Below, one piece after another: positions 37,438 to 46,046 of a stretch of 64,000 nucleotides of DNA (position 1 is its first letter; each line of letters begins with the position of its first letter). The notes beneath the pieces are model-generated. The model worked only from the letters and a program-made list of their open reading frames with translations, ran no database searches and was not told the origin of the DNA. Source of the stretch: an uncultured Anaerolineaceae bacterium (GTDB taxonomy: Bacteria; Planctomycetota; Phycisphaerae; FEN-1346; JAACEH01); NCBI GenBank assembly GCA_964500225.1, contig CAZCOA010000002.1:37022-101021 (forward strand), given 5' to 3'. Position numbers and translations under genes: made by a program.

Positions 37438-38750
37438 ATGGCAAACGTGAGCAAACGCAGAAAACGCATCCTCTGGGGTGTAGCCGCCGCCGTGGCGGCA
37501 CTGGTGGCGGCTGCGCCATCGCTGCTGTCCACCTCCCTGGGCTGCCGCGCCGTTGAAGCCTATCTGAGGGCCAAGGTGCGGCGCCCCGTGACGGTCGAGC
37601 GAGTGAGCGTCGGATATTTCCACGGCACCCGCCTGGAAGGGCTGCGGATCCCCGAGCGGCCGGGGTTCGGCGAGCAGCCGTTCGTCCAGTTCGCAACACT
37701 GACCTGCAAGACGACGCTCCTGGAGGCCGTCTTCGGCGACCGCTCGATACGATCCGCATCGAAGGCCTGAACGTGTCTATCGTGCGGCTGGCCGACGGCC
37801 GGCTGTCGGTGGAGGATCTGGGACTGAAGGGCGACGATGACGTTGCCCCTCCCGCTACAAAGACCGCAGGACTGATTGGAGCGGCGGTCGCCTCGTCCGG
37901 TAATCCCGGCAAACCGAAGAGGCCGCCGCAGATCGCCATGCCCATCGTGGCCGACGGCGGACGGGTGCGCTACCGCGACGAACAGTTGCGGACGAACGTG
38001 CTGCTGGATGGCCTGCTGCTGGACATGCACTACGACCGGGGCAAGGTCCGGATCGTCCGCCTGGCGGGCACACTGAACGAAGGCCGGCTGGAACTGACGG
38101 CCTCGGCGGACCTGAGCGTACGTCCGCAGCCATTCGAAATCGCCGTAACGGTCTCGGGCTGCAAGGCATCGAGCGATCTCTCGGCCCTTGGCCTTCAGGC
38201 GCCGCTGCTCTACAATCCCTTTGGCCGCACGAGCGGCACCGTGGGTCTCGATCTGCGACTGACGGGCCTGGGCTTCGAGAAGGCCGACCTGGCGGCCCAC
38301 CTCAAGGGCCACAGTCTGCTGGAGGTGCGCGATCTGCGGCTGGAAGGGTCGCAGATGCTGGCGGCTGTGCTTGAGCCGTTGAAACTCGGCAACGCCCTGA
38401 CGTTCGATCTGCTGTGCGCTCGGAGCGTGATTGCCGACGGCCGCGTGACCAGCGTGCCGCCCGACGGCGACATCCGGGCCGAGCACGGCGAGGACGTGTG
38501 GCTCACGATGACGGGCTGGACCGCCGTGGACGGACGGATGGACTACCGGGTGTCGTTCGGCGGCAAGAAGGTCGAAGCGTCGGGCATCGGAGCCCTGGCC
38601 CGGCAGTGGGTGGAGCCGCGACTGACGGGCACGCTCTCGCAGCCGCAGGTCGGCGTGGGCCTGCCCGGATCGCAGGAAAGCCTCAACCTGGATGACCTGA
38701 AAAAGCTGAAAAACTTGAAGGACTGGAAGAAACTCAAGGACCTGTTCTGA
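37438..38750 (+). pseudogene. AsmA-family protein interrupted by a -1 frameshift (between ~37557 and 37773)
   Basis: ORF 37387..37770 (frame 1) carries TM anchor MANVSKRRKRILWGVAAAVAALVAAA and AsmA-like N-terminal strands. ORF 37773..38750 (frame 0) continues with ...PLDTIRIEGLNVSIVRLADGRLSVEDL... and stays open upstream to 37557. The two frames overlap by ~215 nt with no slippery heptamer. C-terminus ends in amphipathic LKKLKNLKDWKKLKDLF. Confidence 0.5.
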
Positions 38751-38851
38751 CGCCGCCGCGAAAACCACAGGGGACGGCTCCGTAATCCGGCGTTCATGGC
38801 CGCAAGCGACTATGCCACCCCATGCCTGCTCCGTTCGGCTCTTTGCACATC

Positions 38852-39790
38852 TCATCGGCAGGCGGCCAGGATGTCGGCGCCGCCGGCGGCAAGCACCTCG
38901 TCGCCGAGGCGTCGGGCCAGGTCGAGCATCCGGTCGGCCGGGCCGCGAGCTTCGCGCCGAATGAGATGCGAACCGTCGCACGAGGCCACCAGCCCCGTCA
39001 GGACCAGCGTGTCGTCACCGTCGAGACGCCCCCAGGCCGCAACGGGCGCATGGCACCCTCCGCCGAGATGTCGCAGGAACTCCCGCTCGGCCGTTACGGC
39101 GATTCGCGAGGGGCGGTGATCCAGAGCTGCCAGGAGATCGGCCAAATCCACATCCTGCCGACGAATCTGGAGGCCGAGGGCCCCCTGCCCTGGAGCCGGC
39201 AACATACGGTCCGGACCCAGGATTTCCATGGCCGGCGTCAGCAACCCCAGCCGCACGAGCCCTGCCCGCGCGAGCACGACGGCATCGTACAGGCCGTCAC
39301 GCACCTTCTCCAGCCGCGTGTCCACGTTGCCGCGAATGTCGGCCAGGTCCAGGTCGCCGCGCAGGGCGGCCACTTGTGCCTTGCGGCGCGGGCTGCTGGT
39401 GCCGACTCTCGCCCCCGGCGGCAACTCGGCCAGAGTCCGTCCGTCGCGCGTGGCCAGGACATCGCGGGAATCCTCGCGCTGCGGCACGGCGTCCGCCAGG
39501 CACAGGCCCTCGCTCGGCTGCGTCGGCATGTCCTTGAGGCTATGGACGGCCAGGTCGATGCGGCCATCGAGGAGTGCCAGTTCCAGTTCGCGTGTGAAGA
39601 CGCCCGTGCCGCCCATGGCGCGGATGCCGGTGGCCGTGTCGCGGTCGCCGCGCGTGCGAATCGTCTCGATGCGGCACCGGACGTGCGGATGGGCGCAGAG
39701 CAGGGAGTGCTGGACCGCCAGCGCCTGGGCCATGGCCAGATCGCTGCCTCGCGTGCCGATGACGATGTCCCGCTGCGTCCGACCGCTCAC
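38852..39790 (-). CDS. hemC: hydroxymethylbilane synthase (porphobilinogen deaminase)
   Basis: Start at GTG 39790 (VSGRTQRDIVIGTRGSDLAMAQ...) with GAGGAACC SD (listed ORF has an 86-aa artefactual extension). Dipyrromethane cofactor Cys region LGGGCHAPVAAW. Confidence 0.85.
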   Translation of the reverse strand: MSGRTQRDIVIGTRGSDLAMAQALAVQHSLLCAHPHVRCRIETIRTRGDRDTATGIRAMGGTGVFTRELELALLDGRIDLAVHSLKDMPTQPSEGLCLADAVPQREDSRDVLATRDGRTLAELPPGARVGTSSPRRKAQVAALRGDLDLADIRGNVDTRLEKVRDGLYDAVVLARAGLVRLGLLTPAMEILGPDRMLPAPGQGALGLQIRRQDVDLADLLAALDHRPSRIAVTAEREFLRHLGGGCHAPVAAWGRLDGDDTLVLTGLVASCDGSHLIRREARGPADRMLDLARRLGDEVLAAGGADILAACR

Positions 39791-39874
39791 AGGTTCCTCG
39801 CTCGTCCGCCCCGGCGACCATAGTGTGGGTCCCCGGACCCACACGGATGCGGGGCGCCACGGCGTGTTTGCGAC

Positions 39875-39903
39875 AGTATAGACCGGCCGAATCGGTTTGA
39901 CAA
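39875..39903 (-). promoter_or_regulatory. hemC promoter (minus strand)
   Basis: Minus-strand TTGTCA(39903-39898)-N17-TATACT(39880-39875). Confidence 0.45.
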
Positions 39904-39925
39904 CGTCCGCATGCGTTCCTAGACT
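39897..39925 (+). promoter_or_regulatory. promoter for small protein gene/serS (plus strand), back-to-back with the hemC promoter
   Basis: TTGACA(39897-39902)-N17-TAGACT(39920-39925). Its -35 hexamer overlaps the complementary -35 of the hemC promoter (palindromic TTGACAA). Confidence 0.45.
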
Positions 39926-40069
39926 CGCCGCCGCAGGGGCCGGACGCCGGAACCGGGGCGACGAGAATCCGTGCAACGGCCGCTGTGGGGCGATGACAAC
40001 GCCTGAATTTCCGGGTACACTGTGGCGGCGCAGGTAGTGATTGGACAATCATCGAAGGAGGAGGACGCC

Positions 40070-40249
40070 ATGGCAGCGCTCGCCCAGTGTTCTTGCACAC
40101 GGATCCTCGAAAGCATCGACCCGATCACGATCATCCTGCTGTTACAGGTGCTCGGGCTCATCTACGTGGCGTTCGCCTTCCGGCGCATCGCCCGGAACCA
40201 GACGGAGTTGGCGCAGTATCTGAAGGACAGATTGGACAAACAGAAATGA
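40070..40249 (+). CDS. 59-aa single-TM small protein
   Basis: ATG 40070 preceded by AAGGAGGAGGA. MAALAQCSCTRILESIDPITIILLLQVLGLIYVAFAFRRIARNQTELAQYLKDRLDKQK has one hydrophobic helix plus a basic/amphipathic tail. Confidence 0.4.
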   Translation: MAALAQCSCTRILESIDPITIILLLQVLGLIYVAFAFRRIARNQTELAQYLKDRLDKQK

Positions 40250-40331
40250 CCATCAACCGGGTGTCGCGCGTGCCGCCTGCGTATGCAGTCACACGGACGA
40301 CGCCCCGGGCAGCCAGGAAGGATGGCAAGCC

Positions 40332-41600
40332 ATGTTGGATCTCAACGTGATCCGCAGTAACCCTGAGCAGGTGGCCGCGGGCTTGGGGCGTCGCGGCGGC
40401 GGGTACAGCATCGATGCGATTCTGACGATTGACGAGAAGCGTCGCGCGCTGATCACCGAGAGCGACGAGCTGCGCAACCGGCGCAACGTCGTCTCGAAGG
40501 AAGTCGGGAGGCTGAAGGCCGCAGGCGGCGACGCCACGGCACAAATGGCCGAGAGCAAGGCCATCGGCGAACGGATCAAGCAGATCGAGGGCGAGCTGCG
40601 CGACCTGGACGAGTCGCTGCGGCAAGCGCTGCTGATGCTGCCGAACGTGCCGGCCGAGGACGTGCCCGACGGCGCGGGGGCCGAGGACAACCGGATTGTC
40701 AAGACCGTCGGCGAAAAGCCGCGGTTCGATTTCCAGCCGCTGCCGCACTGGGAGCTCGGCGAGAAACTGGGCGTGTTGGACATGGCTCGCGCGGCGAAGA
40801 TTGCCGGCAGCGGATTTCCGCTGTTCGTGGGCCAGGGGGCACGTCTGGTGCGCGCGCTGCTGACATGGATGCTCGACGTGCAGACCGGACAAAACGGATA
40901 TACGGAGGTCTGGCCTCCCGCCCTGGTGAATGCCAAGACGATGACCGGGACGGGCCAGTTGCCGAAGTTCGAGGAGGAGTTGTATCGACTGCGCGACGAC
41001 GAGCTGTACCTGATTCCGACGGCCGAGGTGCCGGTGACGAACCTCTATCAGGACGAAATCCTGGCCGAGGCGGATCTGCCGATGCTGCGGACGGCGTACA
41101 CGCCGTGCTTCCGTCGCGAGGCCGGCGCCGCCGGTCGCGACACGCGCGGCATGATCCGCGTGCACCAGTTCGACAAGGTCGAGATGGTCAAGTTCACCAC
41201 GCCCGAGACGAGCCCGGCCGAGCACGAGTCGCTGACGGCCAACGCCGAAGGGCTGATCGAGCAACTCGGCCTGCCCTACCGCCGCGTGCTGCTGTGCGCC
41301 GGCGACATGGGCTTCTCGGCCCGCAAATGCTTCGACCTGGAGGTCTATGCCGCCGGGTGCGATCGCTGGTTGGAGGTGTCGAGTTGCTCGAACTTCGGCG
41401 ATTTCCAGGCCCGCCGGGCCAACATCCGTTACCGTGATGCCAAAGGCAAGGTCCGCTTCGTTCACACCCTGAACGGCAGCGGACTGGCGCTGCCGCGCAT
41501 CTTCATCGCCATCCTGGAGAACTTCCAGCAGGCCGATGGCCGCGTGCGCGTGCCCGAGGTGCTGCGACCCTACATGAGCGGCACGGAATTCATCGGGTGA
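40332..41600 (+). CDS. serS: serine--tRNA ligase
   Basis: MLDLNVIRSNPEQV... N-terminal coiled coil and class II aaRS motifs. 422 aa. Confidence 0.95.
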   Translation: MLDLNVIRSNPEQVAAGLGRRGGGYSIDAILTIDEKRRALITESDELRNRRNVVSKEVGRLKAAGGDATAQMAESKAIGERIKQIEGELRDLDESLRQALLMLPNVPAEDVPDGAGAEDNRIVKTVGEKPRFDFQPLPHWELGEKLGVLDMARAAKIAGSGFPLFVGQGARLVRALLTWMLDVQTGQNGYTEVWPPALVNAKTMTGTGQLPKFEEELYRLRDDELYLIPTAEVPVTNLYQDEILAEADLPMLRTAYTPCFRREAGAAGRDTRGMIRVHQFDKVEMVKFTTPETSPAEHESLTANAEGLIEQLGLPYRRVLLCAGDMGFSARKCFDLEVYAAGCDRWLEVSSCSNFGDFQARRANIRYRDAKGKVRFVHTLNGSGLALPRIFIAILENFQQADGRVRVPEVLRPYMSGTEFIG

Positions 41601-41613
41601 GAAGTCCCGGGAG

Positions 41614-41823
41614 TCATAGCCATTCGCTGAGGCCGTAGAGAGTAATCGCCAGCAGGATCATGAACCCTGTGACGCTGACAAAGAAATGGAGAACCCCCCA
41701 GGCGATGTCTCGCGGCTTGTCATATTGGGTGGTCTTATAGACGATGCCCACGACAATCGCCAGAGGATAGTAGTACCACAAGGGGTTCGAGGCTGCAAAG
41801 ATCTTCGCGAGCAGGTCGATCAT
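41614..41823 (-). CDS. 69-aa two-TM small membrane protein (last gene of lipoprotein cassette)
   Basis: MIDLLAKIFAASNPLWYYYPLAIVVGIVYKTTQYDKPRDIAWGVLHFFVSVTGFMILLAITLYGLSEWL. Start ATG overlaps the upstream gene's TGA stop (ATGA). Confidence 0.4.
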   Translation of the reverse strand: MIDLLAKIFAASNPLWYYYPLAIVVGIVYKTTQYDKPRDIAWGVLHFFVSVTGFMILLAITLYGLSEWL

Positions 41824-42236
41824 GCCGGGCCCTCCTTGCGTGTCGTGGGCCGCTCGATGTTGTTGGCCACCATGTACGAGTCCAGAATCACCAGCAGATT
41901 CAGCAGTCCCGCCACCAGGGTATAGAGAACGCCCATCTCGAAGGCCACCTTGACGTGGTTCGGCGGTCCATACCGAGCGACCATCTTGTCGCTGATGTGG
42001 TCGGCGGCATAGGCCAACGGTCCGGTCAGCACCTGGGCATAGAAGAGCAGGTCGCCGTTGTTTACGATGCGCCACTGACCGAGGCCCCAGCCGGTCACGA
42101 ACAGGCCAACCACGCAGGTGAAGAAGACCACGGCTTTGATGCGGCGGTTCAGGTACCAGTGTCCCAGCCCCGGCAGGACCAGGGCGAGCACGACGGCGGC
42201 GACCCACGATTTACGGTGTGCGGCCTTCTGGCTCAT
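41820..42236 (-). CDS. 138-aa polytopic membrane protein
   Basis: Internal ATG (MSQKAAHRKSWVAAVVLALVLPGLGHWYLNRRIKAVVFF...), three predicted TM helices. Start abuts/overlaps the upstream lipoprotein stop. Confidence 0.45.
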   Translation of the reverse strand: MSQKAAHRKSWVAAVVLALVLPGLGHWYLNRRIKAVVFFTCVVGLFVTGWGLGQWRIVNNGDLLFYAQVLTGPLAYAADHISDKMVARYGPPNHVKVAFEMGVLYTLVAGLLNLLVILDSYMVANNIERPTTRKEGPA

Positions 42237-43075
42237 GGCTTGGGGGAATCTCCTTGATCGGCGGACGGTACGATGGCTCCACCGGCGGCCTCCTCGCCGG
42301 CCCTTAGTCGCGAGGCGTCCAGCACAATCGGTGCAACGAATCGTTTGACGAACCCCGAGCTGGACGCGCCCAGGTGGTCGCCCATGTGGCCGAAGACCAC
42401 GTGCGTCGCCTTCCATGACACCTCGACCAGTTTCTCCTGGTACAGTGCCCGGACCTCCTGCGATGCGCCCGGCGGAAGGCTGAATCCGTAGAGCCCGGCG
42501 GCCACGCCCGATCCGCGGTCCACCGTGCCGGCCAGCCCGACGCCGACGCCCAGAACGCCCACGTCGGCGACACTTGAGAAGTTGGTGATTTCGTTGCGCA
42601 CGTGTTTCATGGCAGGAGCCAGGTTGTAGGTATTCGAGAGACTCGACGCCATCAGCACCAGGCCGTCCACCTTGACGCCGGCCGGCAACTGCTCCGTAGC
42701 GAAGACCACGATCCCCGTCCCGGCGCTGATACCAATCAGGTGGACGGGTTTGTCGGGGTGCTCGGCGATGTAGCGAGCGATGCGCTCGCTCGATTGCCGC
42801 GCGACGCTGCGATTGCGATCCAGGTTCGTCTGGTCCTCCAGCACGTTGTGCCCAGCGGTCCAGTCCACGATCTCGATGGCGTGGTCCACGCCGCCCTCGT
42901 GCAGGCCGCGACGAATCTGGATCGGAGCTCGCGTGATGCCCCCTGCCCCGTCGAACACCAGGATCAGTCCGTTGCGGTACCGTTCAGGGGCTGTGTAGTT
43001 CGGCTCCGCACAGCCGGCGAGGCCCAGGCAGGTCACCGTAAGCACCGCGACACACGTCCACGCACGCCTCGTCAT
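42233..43075 (-). CDS. lipoprotein, lipase-like alpha/beta hydrolase (paralogue B)
   Basis: Lipobox LGLAGC. LILVFDGAGG, GLHEGGVDHAIEIVDW, nucleophile elbow HLIGISAGTG, NLAPAMKHVR. ATGA overlap with the upstream paralogue's stop. Confidence 0.55.
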   Translation of the reverse strand: MTRRAWTCVAVLTVTCLGLAGCAEPNYTAPERYRNGLILVFDGAGGITRAPIQIRRGLHEGGVDHAIEIVDWTAGHNVLEDQTNLDRNRSVARQSSERIARYIAEHPDKPVHLIGISAGTGIVVFATEQLPAGVKVDGLVLMASSLSNTYNLAPAMKHVRNEITNFSSVADVGVLGVGVGLAGTVDRGSGVAAGLYGFSLPPGASQEVRALYQEKLVEVSWKATHVVFGHMGDHLGASSSGFVKRFVAPIVLDASRLRAGEEAAGGAIVPSADQGDSPKP

Positions 43076-43944
43076 GGACTCCCTCCTTCAGGCGTCGCGC
43101 CGCCAGTCGCGACGTTCGTCGCGCCGTCGTTCGAGGCCGCAGGCGCGGCCCCATCGTGTTTCTCGCCGCCTGGCACGATCGGCCGGAAGGCTTCGTGCGC
43201 CTGACCGGTGCGCATGATCGGCGCCAGGAACTCGCGGGCAAAACTCGACGTGGACCAGCCCATGTGGCCGCCCAAGTGCCCTTTCTTGAGGAACTCGCCG
43301 CCCCAGGCCGCTTGACGTACCTTGGCGTATTGGGCCCGGTCGGCATCGGACAAATGTTCGGGGATCTTAAACCCCATCAGCCCCGCGCCGACGGTGTGTT
43401 TGCCGTCCATCGTCGTGAACACCGACGTGCCCAGCCCCATGAGCGGCACGTCTCCGGGCGAATGCGTGACGTAGCAACAGTGGCGCACGTGCCGCAGTGC
43501 CGGCGCCAGGTTGTACTCCGGCGAAAGGGCCGGGGCGAGCAGAAAGGCGTTGTCCACCTGGAATCCCTCGGGCATCTGTTCCAGAGCAAAGACGACCATA
43601 CCCCCGCCGCCGCTGTGGCCCACAAGATGAATGGGACGATCCGGATAGAACTTGCGGTAGTTGGTCACAAGCCGGACCATCTCGGCGGCGCGCCGCATGT
43701 TGCCGTCGTGGTCCCAGAGGTCGGCGACGAACATCCCGGCCGGCCCATGGCCCCAGTGAAAGATGTATATGGCCGCCTTCACCCCGCCTTCGTCCAGCCC
43801 CGTGCGGAGCCACCGCGGACCGACGTTGTAGCCGCCGACGCCGTCGAGACTCACCACGAGGCCCTTATCGAGCCGCTCGGGACTCAGATAATCGACCTTC
43901 TTGGCGCAGCCGGCGCAGAGCATCAGAGAGAGACTGAACGCCAT
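43072..43944 (-). CDS. lipoprotein, lipase-like alpha/beta hydrolase (paralogue A)
   Basis: Internal ATG 43944 (MAFSLSLMLCAGCAKK lipobox; the listed ORF has a 261-aa Arg-rich artefactual extension). VVSLDGVGG, GLDEGGVKAAIYIFHW, HLVGHSGGGG, NLAPALRHVR. Confidence 0.55.
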   Translation of the reverse strand: MAFSLSLMLCAGCAKKVDYLSPERLDKGLVVSLDGVGGYNVGPRWLRTGLDEGGVKAAIYIFHWGHGPAGMFVADLWDHDGNMRRAAEMVRLVTNYRKFYPDRPIHLVGHSGGGGMVVFALEQMPEGFQVDNAFLLAPALSPEYNLAPALRHVRHCCYVTHSPGDVPLMGLGTSVFTTMDGKHTVGAGLMGFKIPEHLSDADRAQYAKVRQAAWGGEFLKKGHLGGHMGWSTSSFAREFLAPIMRTGQAHEAFRPIVPGGEKHDGAAPAASNDGATNVATGGATPEGGSP

Positions 43945-44042
43945 TGCCAGGATGCCGTAAGTCACGTTCAAAGCCGGTTTCCTCGCCGCACGGCCGAGCG
44001 TGCCGCCGACAGACCGCGGCAACACGCGAGCAAACGCCCGGC

Positions 44043-44071
44043 AGTATAGTCCGCCGGCCCATCCGGGGCAA
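44043..44071 (-). promoter_or_regulatory. promoter of the lipoprotein-hydrolase cassette
   Basis: Minus-strand TTGCCC(44071-44066)-N17-TATACT(44048-44043). A GTCACAAT half-site (44083-44076) sits just upstream of the -35. Confidence 0.4.
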
Positions 44072-44096
44072 CCGGATTGTGACGTCGCCGGCGGCA

Positions 44097-45266
44097 TCAG
44101 ACCTGGTCGCGGACCTTCAGGAACTCGTCGATCATGGCCATGAAGTTGTCGTACGGCGTGCCGACGGCCACGCTGTGGCTCGTGCCGAAAATGAAACCGC
44201 TGCCCGGCGCGCCGACGCGCACCGCCCGGCGTACGGCAGTCCGGACCTCGTCGGTCGTGCCGCTCTGGAGCACCTCCAACGGCATGCCGCCCCAGAGGCA
44301 GAGCCGGTCGCCGTGGCTCGCCTTGAGCTGGTCGAGATGCACCCCCGCCGTGGCCTGGAGGCTCTGGTAGCAATCGAATCCGGCGGCGACGAAGTCGTCC
44401 AGCAGAGGCAGATTGTTGCCGCAGGCGTGCTTCAGGACGAACTGCCCACGGGCGTGCAGACATTCGGTCCGTTCCTTGTACGCCGGGAAGCAGAACTCGT
44501 GCCACATGGCCGGTGAGATCATCGGTCCGGCCTTGTAGGCAAAGTCGGCCCCCCAGAGGGTGCCGTCCTGCCCGTCGCGGACCGCCCAGGCGTCGGCGGC
44601 GTTGGCGTCGCGCGTGGCGCGGGCGATGGCCGCGCGGACCACGTCCGGCTGGTCGATGAACATCATCAGGCCGCGCTCCATGCCGCCGACGAGCGTCCAT
44701 CCGGCTTCCCCGCCGCTCGGCCCACAAAGAAACCGCTGGCCGCGAAACTCTTCGATCAGGGCGTCCACGACCTCGTACACGCTGTCGTCCGGACGAGTTG
44801 GCGGCGGCGCGTCGTCGAACTGGGCCGCCGTGAACACCGCGTTACGAGCCACGGGATCGTCCACGCATGTGATGTCGTTGGTCGTGGGCGAATACTTGTA
44901 CACGCGGCCCTGGCGGTCCTGCCAGGTATCGGGTGCAATCTTTTGGGGCGGGTCGGGCTCATAGTCCCGCGGCGGCAGAAGCCCTCCGGCCATGGCCGCC
45001 ACGTTCAGGATGTCGAAACAGTCCATGCGGCGGTAGAATTCGATGAAGTCCTCGCGCCAGCTCTGGGCCACTTCGTCGCGACGGCCTTCCCAAAGGGCAA
45101 GGGTCGTTCCGGCCTTGTTCCGCAGCAATGTTTCGTGCCCCAGCACGGCGGCCACCGTGTCGTAGTCCACGGCAAATTCACCGTAGGGAATACGGTCCAC
45201 CGGCTCGTGCCTCAGGGCGGCGATGATACGTTGGCGACTGTTCACGAAGTGTTCCTTGCTTTGCAT
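44097..45266 (-). CDS. uroporphyrinogen decarboxylase (URO-D)-like family protein
   Basis: Internal ATG 45266 (MQSKEHFVNSRQRIIAALRHEPVDRIPYGEF...), the standard opening of URO-D/MtaA-like TIM-barrel proteins. Confidence 0.65.
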   Translation of the reverse strand: MQSKEHFVNSRQRIIAALRHEPVDRIPYGEFAVDYDTVAAVLGHETLLRNKAGTTLALWEGRRDEVAQSWREDFIEFYRRMDCFDILNVAAMAGGLLPPRDYEPDPPQKIAPDTWQDRQGRVYKYSPTTNDITCVDDPVARNAVFTAAQFDDAPPPTRPDDSVYEVVDALIEEFRGQRFLCGPSGGEAGWTLVGGMERGLMMFIDQPDVVRAAIARATRDANAADAWAVRDGQDGTLWGADFAYKAGPMISPAMWHEFCFPAYKERTECLHARGQFVLKHACGNNLPLLDDFVAAGFDCYQSLQATAGVHLDQLKASHGDRLCLWGGMPLEVLQSGTTDEVRTAVRRAVRVGAPGSGFIFGTSHSVAVGTPYDNFMAMIDEFLKVRDQV

Positions 45267-45529
45267 GCGCGAGAGCCGGCTGCCGCAGGGCGCGGCCGCA
45301 ACGGCGCGGACATTGTACAGCTGCCGCCGCACCGCGGACAAGCGGCTCTCCCAAGGAATGACGAGGCCACCTGACAGATACGCAGCACACAGCCGTAGTC
45401 AACACAAGATGATATTATTCGCAATATCCAATGGCATGGCGTATTTTCAAATACACCGCTTCCTTTGTCCTGCCACGGCAAAAAGTGTGCCCTGCGTTTG
45501 ACAAATACAGACGCGAACGACCTTTCCCA

Positions 45530-45557
45530 TTGACTGGAGCGAAAGCCGTGTTATGCT
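45530..45557 (+). promoter_or_regulatory. cold-shock gene promoter with long 5'UTR
   Basis: TTGACT(45530-45535)-N16-TATGCT(45552-45557). About 175-nt 5'UTR containing the long hairpin 45654-45689 (TGACCGAACGGA...TCCGTTTCGGTCA). Confidence 0.4.
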
Positions 45558-45737
45558 TAGACTGGTGTCATGTCCGCGCCTTCGGCGCGCAAGGTGTGCG
45601 GCAACGAGAGAGACGTAGCGATGCAGCCAGGAAGTTCAACGTGGCTCATGTCCTGACCGAACGGATACCGGTAGCTGTCCGTTTCGGTCATCTTTCTTTA
45701 GGGACCCTCGCGGTCCGAGTGCAAGGGAGGACTTGGT

Positions 45738-45947
45738 ATGGCGCGCGGTAAGGTCAAGTGGTTCAACGATCAGAAGGGCTTCGGTTTTATTGAGTCGCCG
45801 GAATTGGGCAGCGACGTGTTTGTCCACTACTCCGGCATCAACGCAGAAGGATTCAGGACCCTGGCCGAGGGCGATGAGGTGGAGTTCGAACTCACCCAGG
45901 GCCCCAAGGGCCCCAAGGCAGAGAACGTCACGCGAATCGTAATGTAG
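45738..45947 (+). CDS. cold-shock protein, CspA family
   Basis: [34 protein letters not shown]... RNP1/RNP2 motifs. 69 aa. Confidence 0.9.
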   Translation: MARGKVKWFNDQKGFGFIESPELGSDVFVHYSGINAEGFRTLAEGDEVEFELTQGPKGPKAENVTRIVM

Positions 45948-45983
45948 CCGGCCGGCCACGGATGAGCCACCCAAATCCAGAGA

Positions 45984-46018
45984 CCCCGCTCGACAGCCGT
46001 CGGGCGGGGTTCTGTGTT
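45984..46018 (+). terminator. intrinsic terminator after csp gene
   Basis: 11-bp stem CCCCGCTCGAC / GTCGGGCGGGG (one G-U) with loop AGCC, followed by TTCTGTGTT. Confidence 0.5.
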
Positions 46019-46046
46019 AACCGACTGCCGCCCCACGGCCGCCACC

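Noticed and set aside
37730-37750. Programmed -1 ribosomal frameshift in the AsmA-like gene
   Set aside because: No slippery heptamer (X_XXY_YYZ) and no obvious downstream stimulatory structure. The simple indel explanation is preferred.
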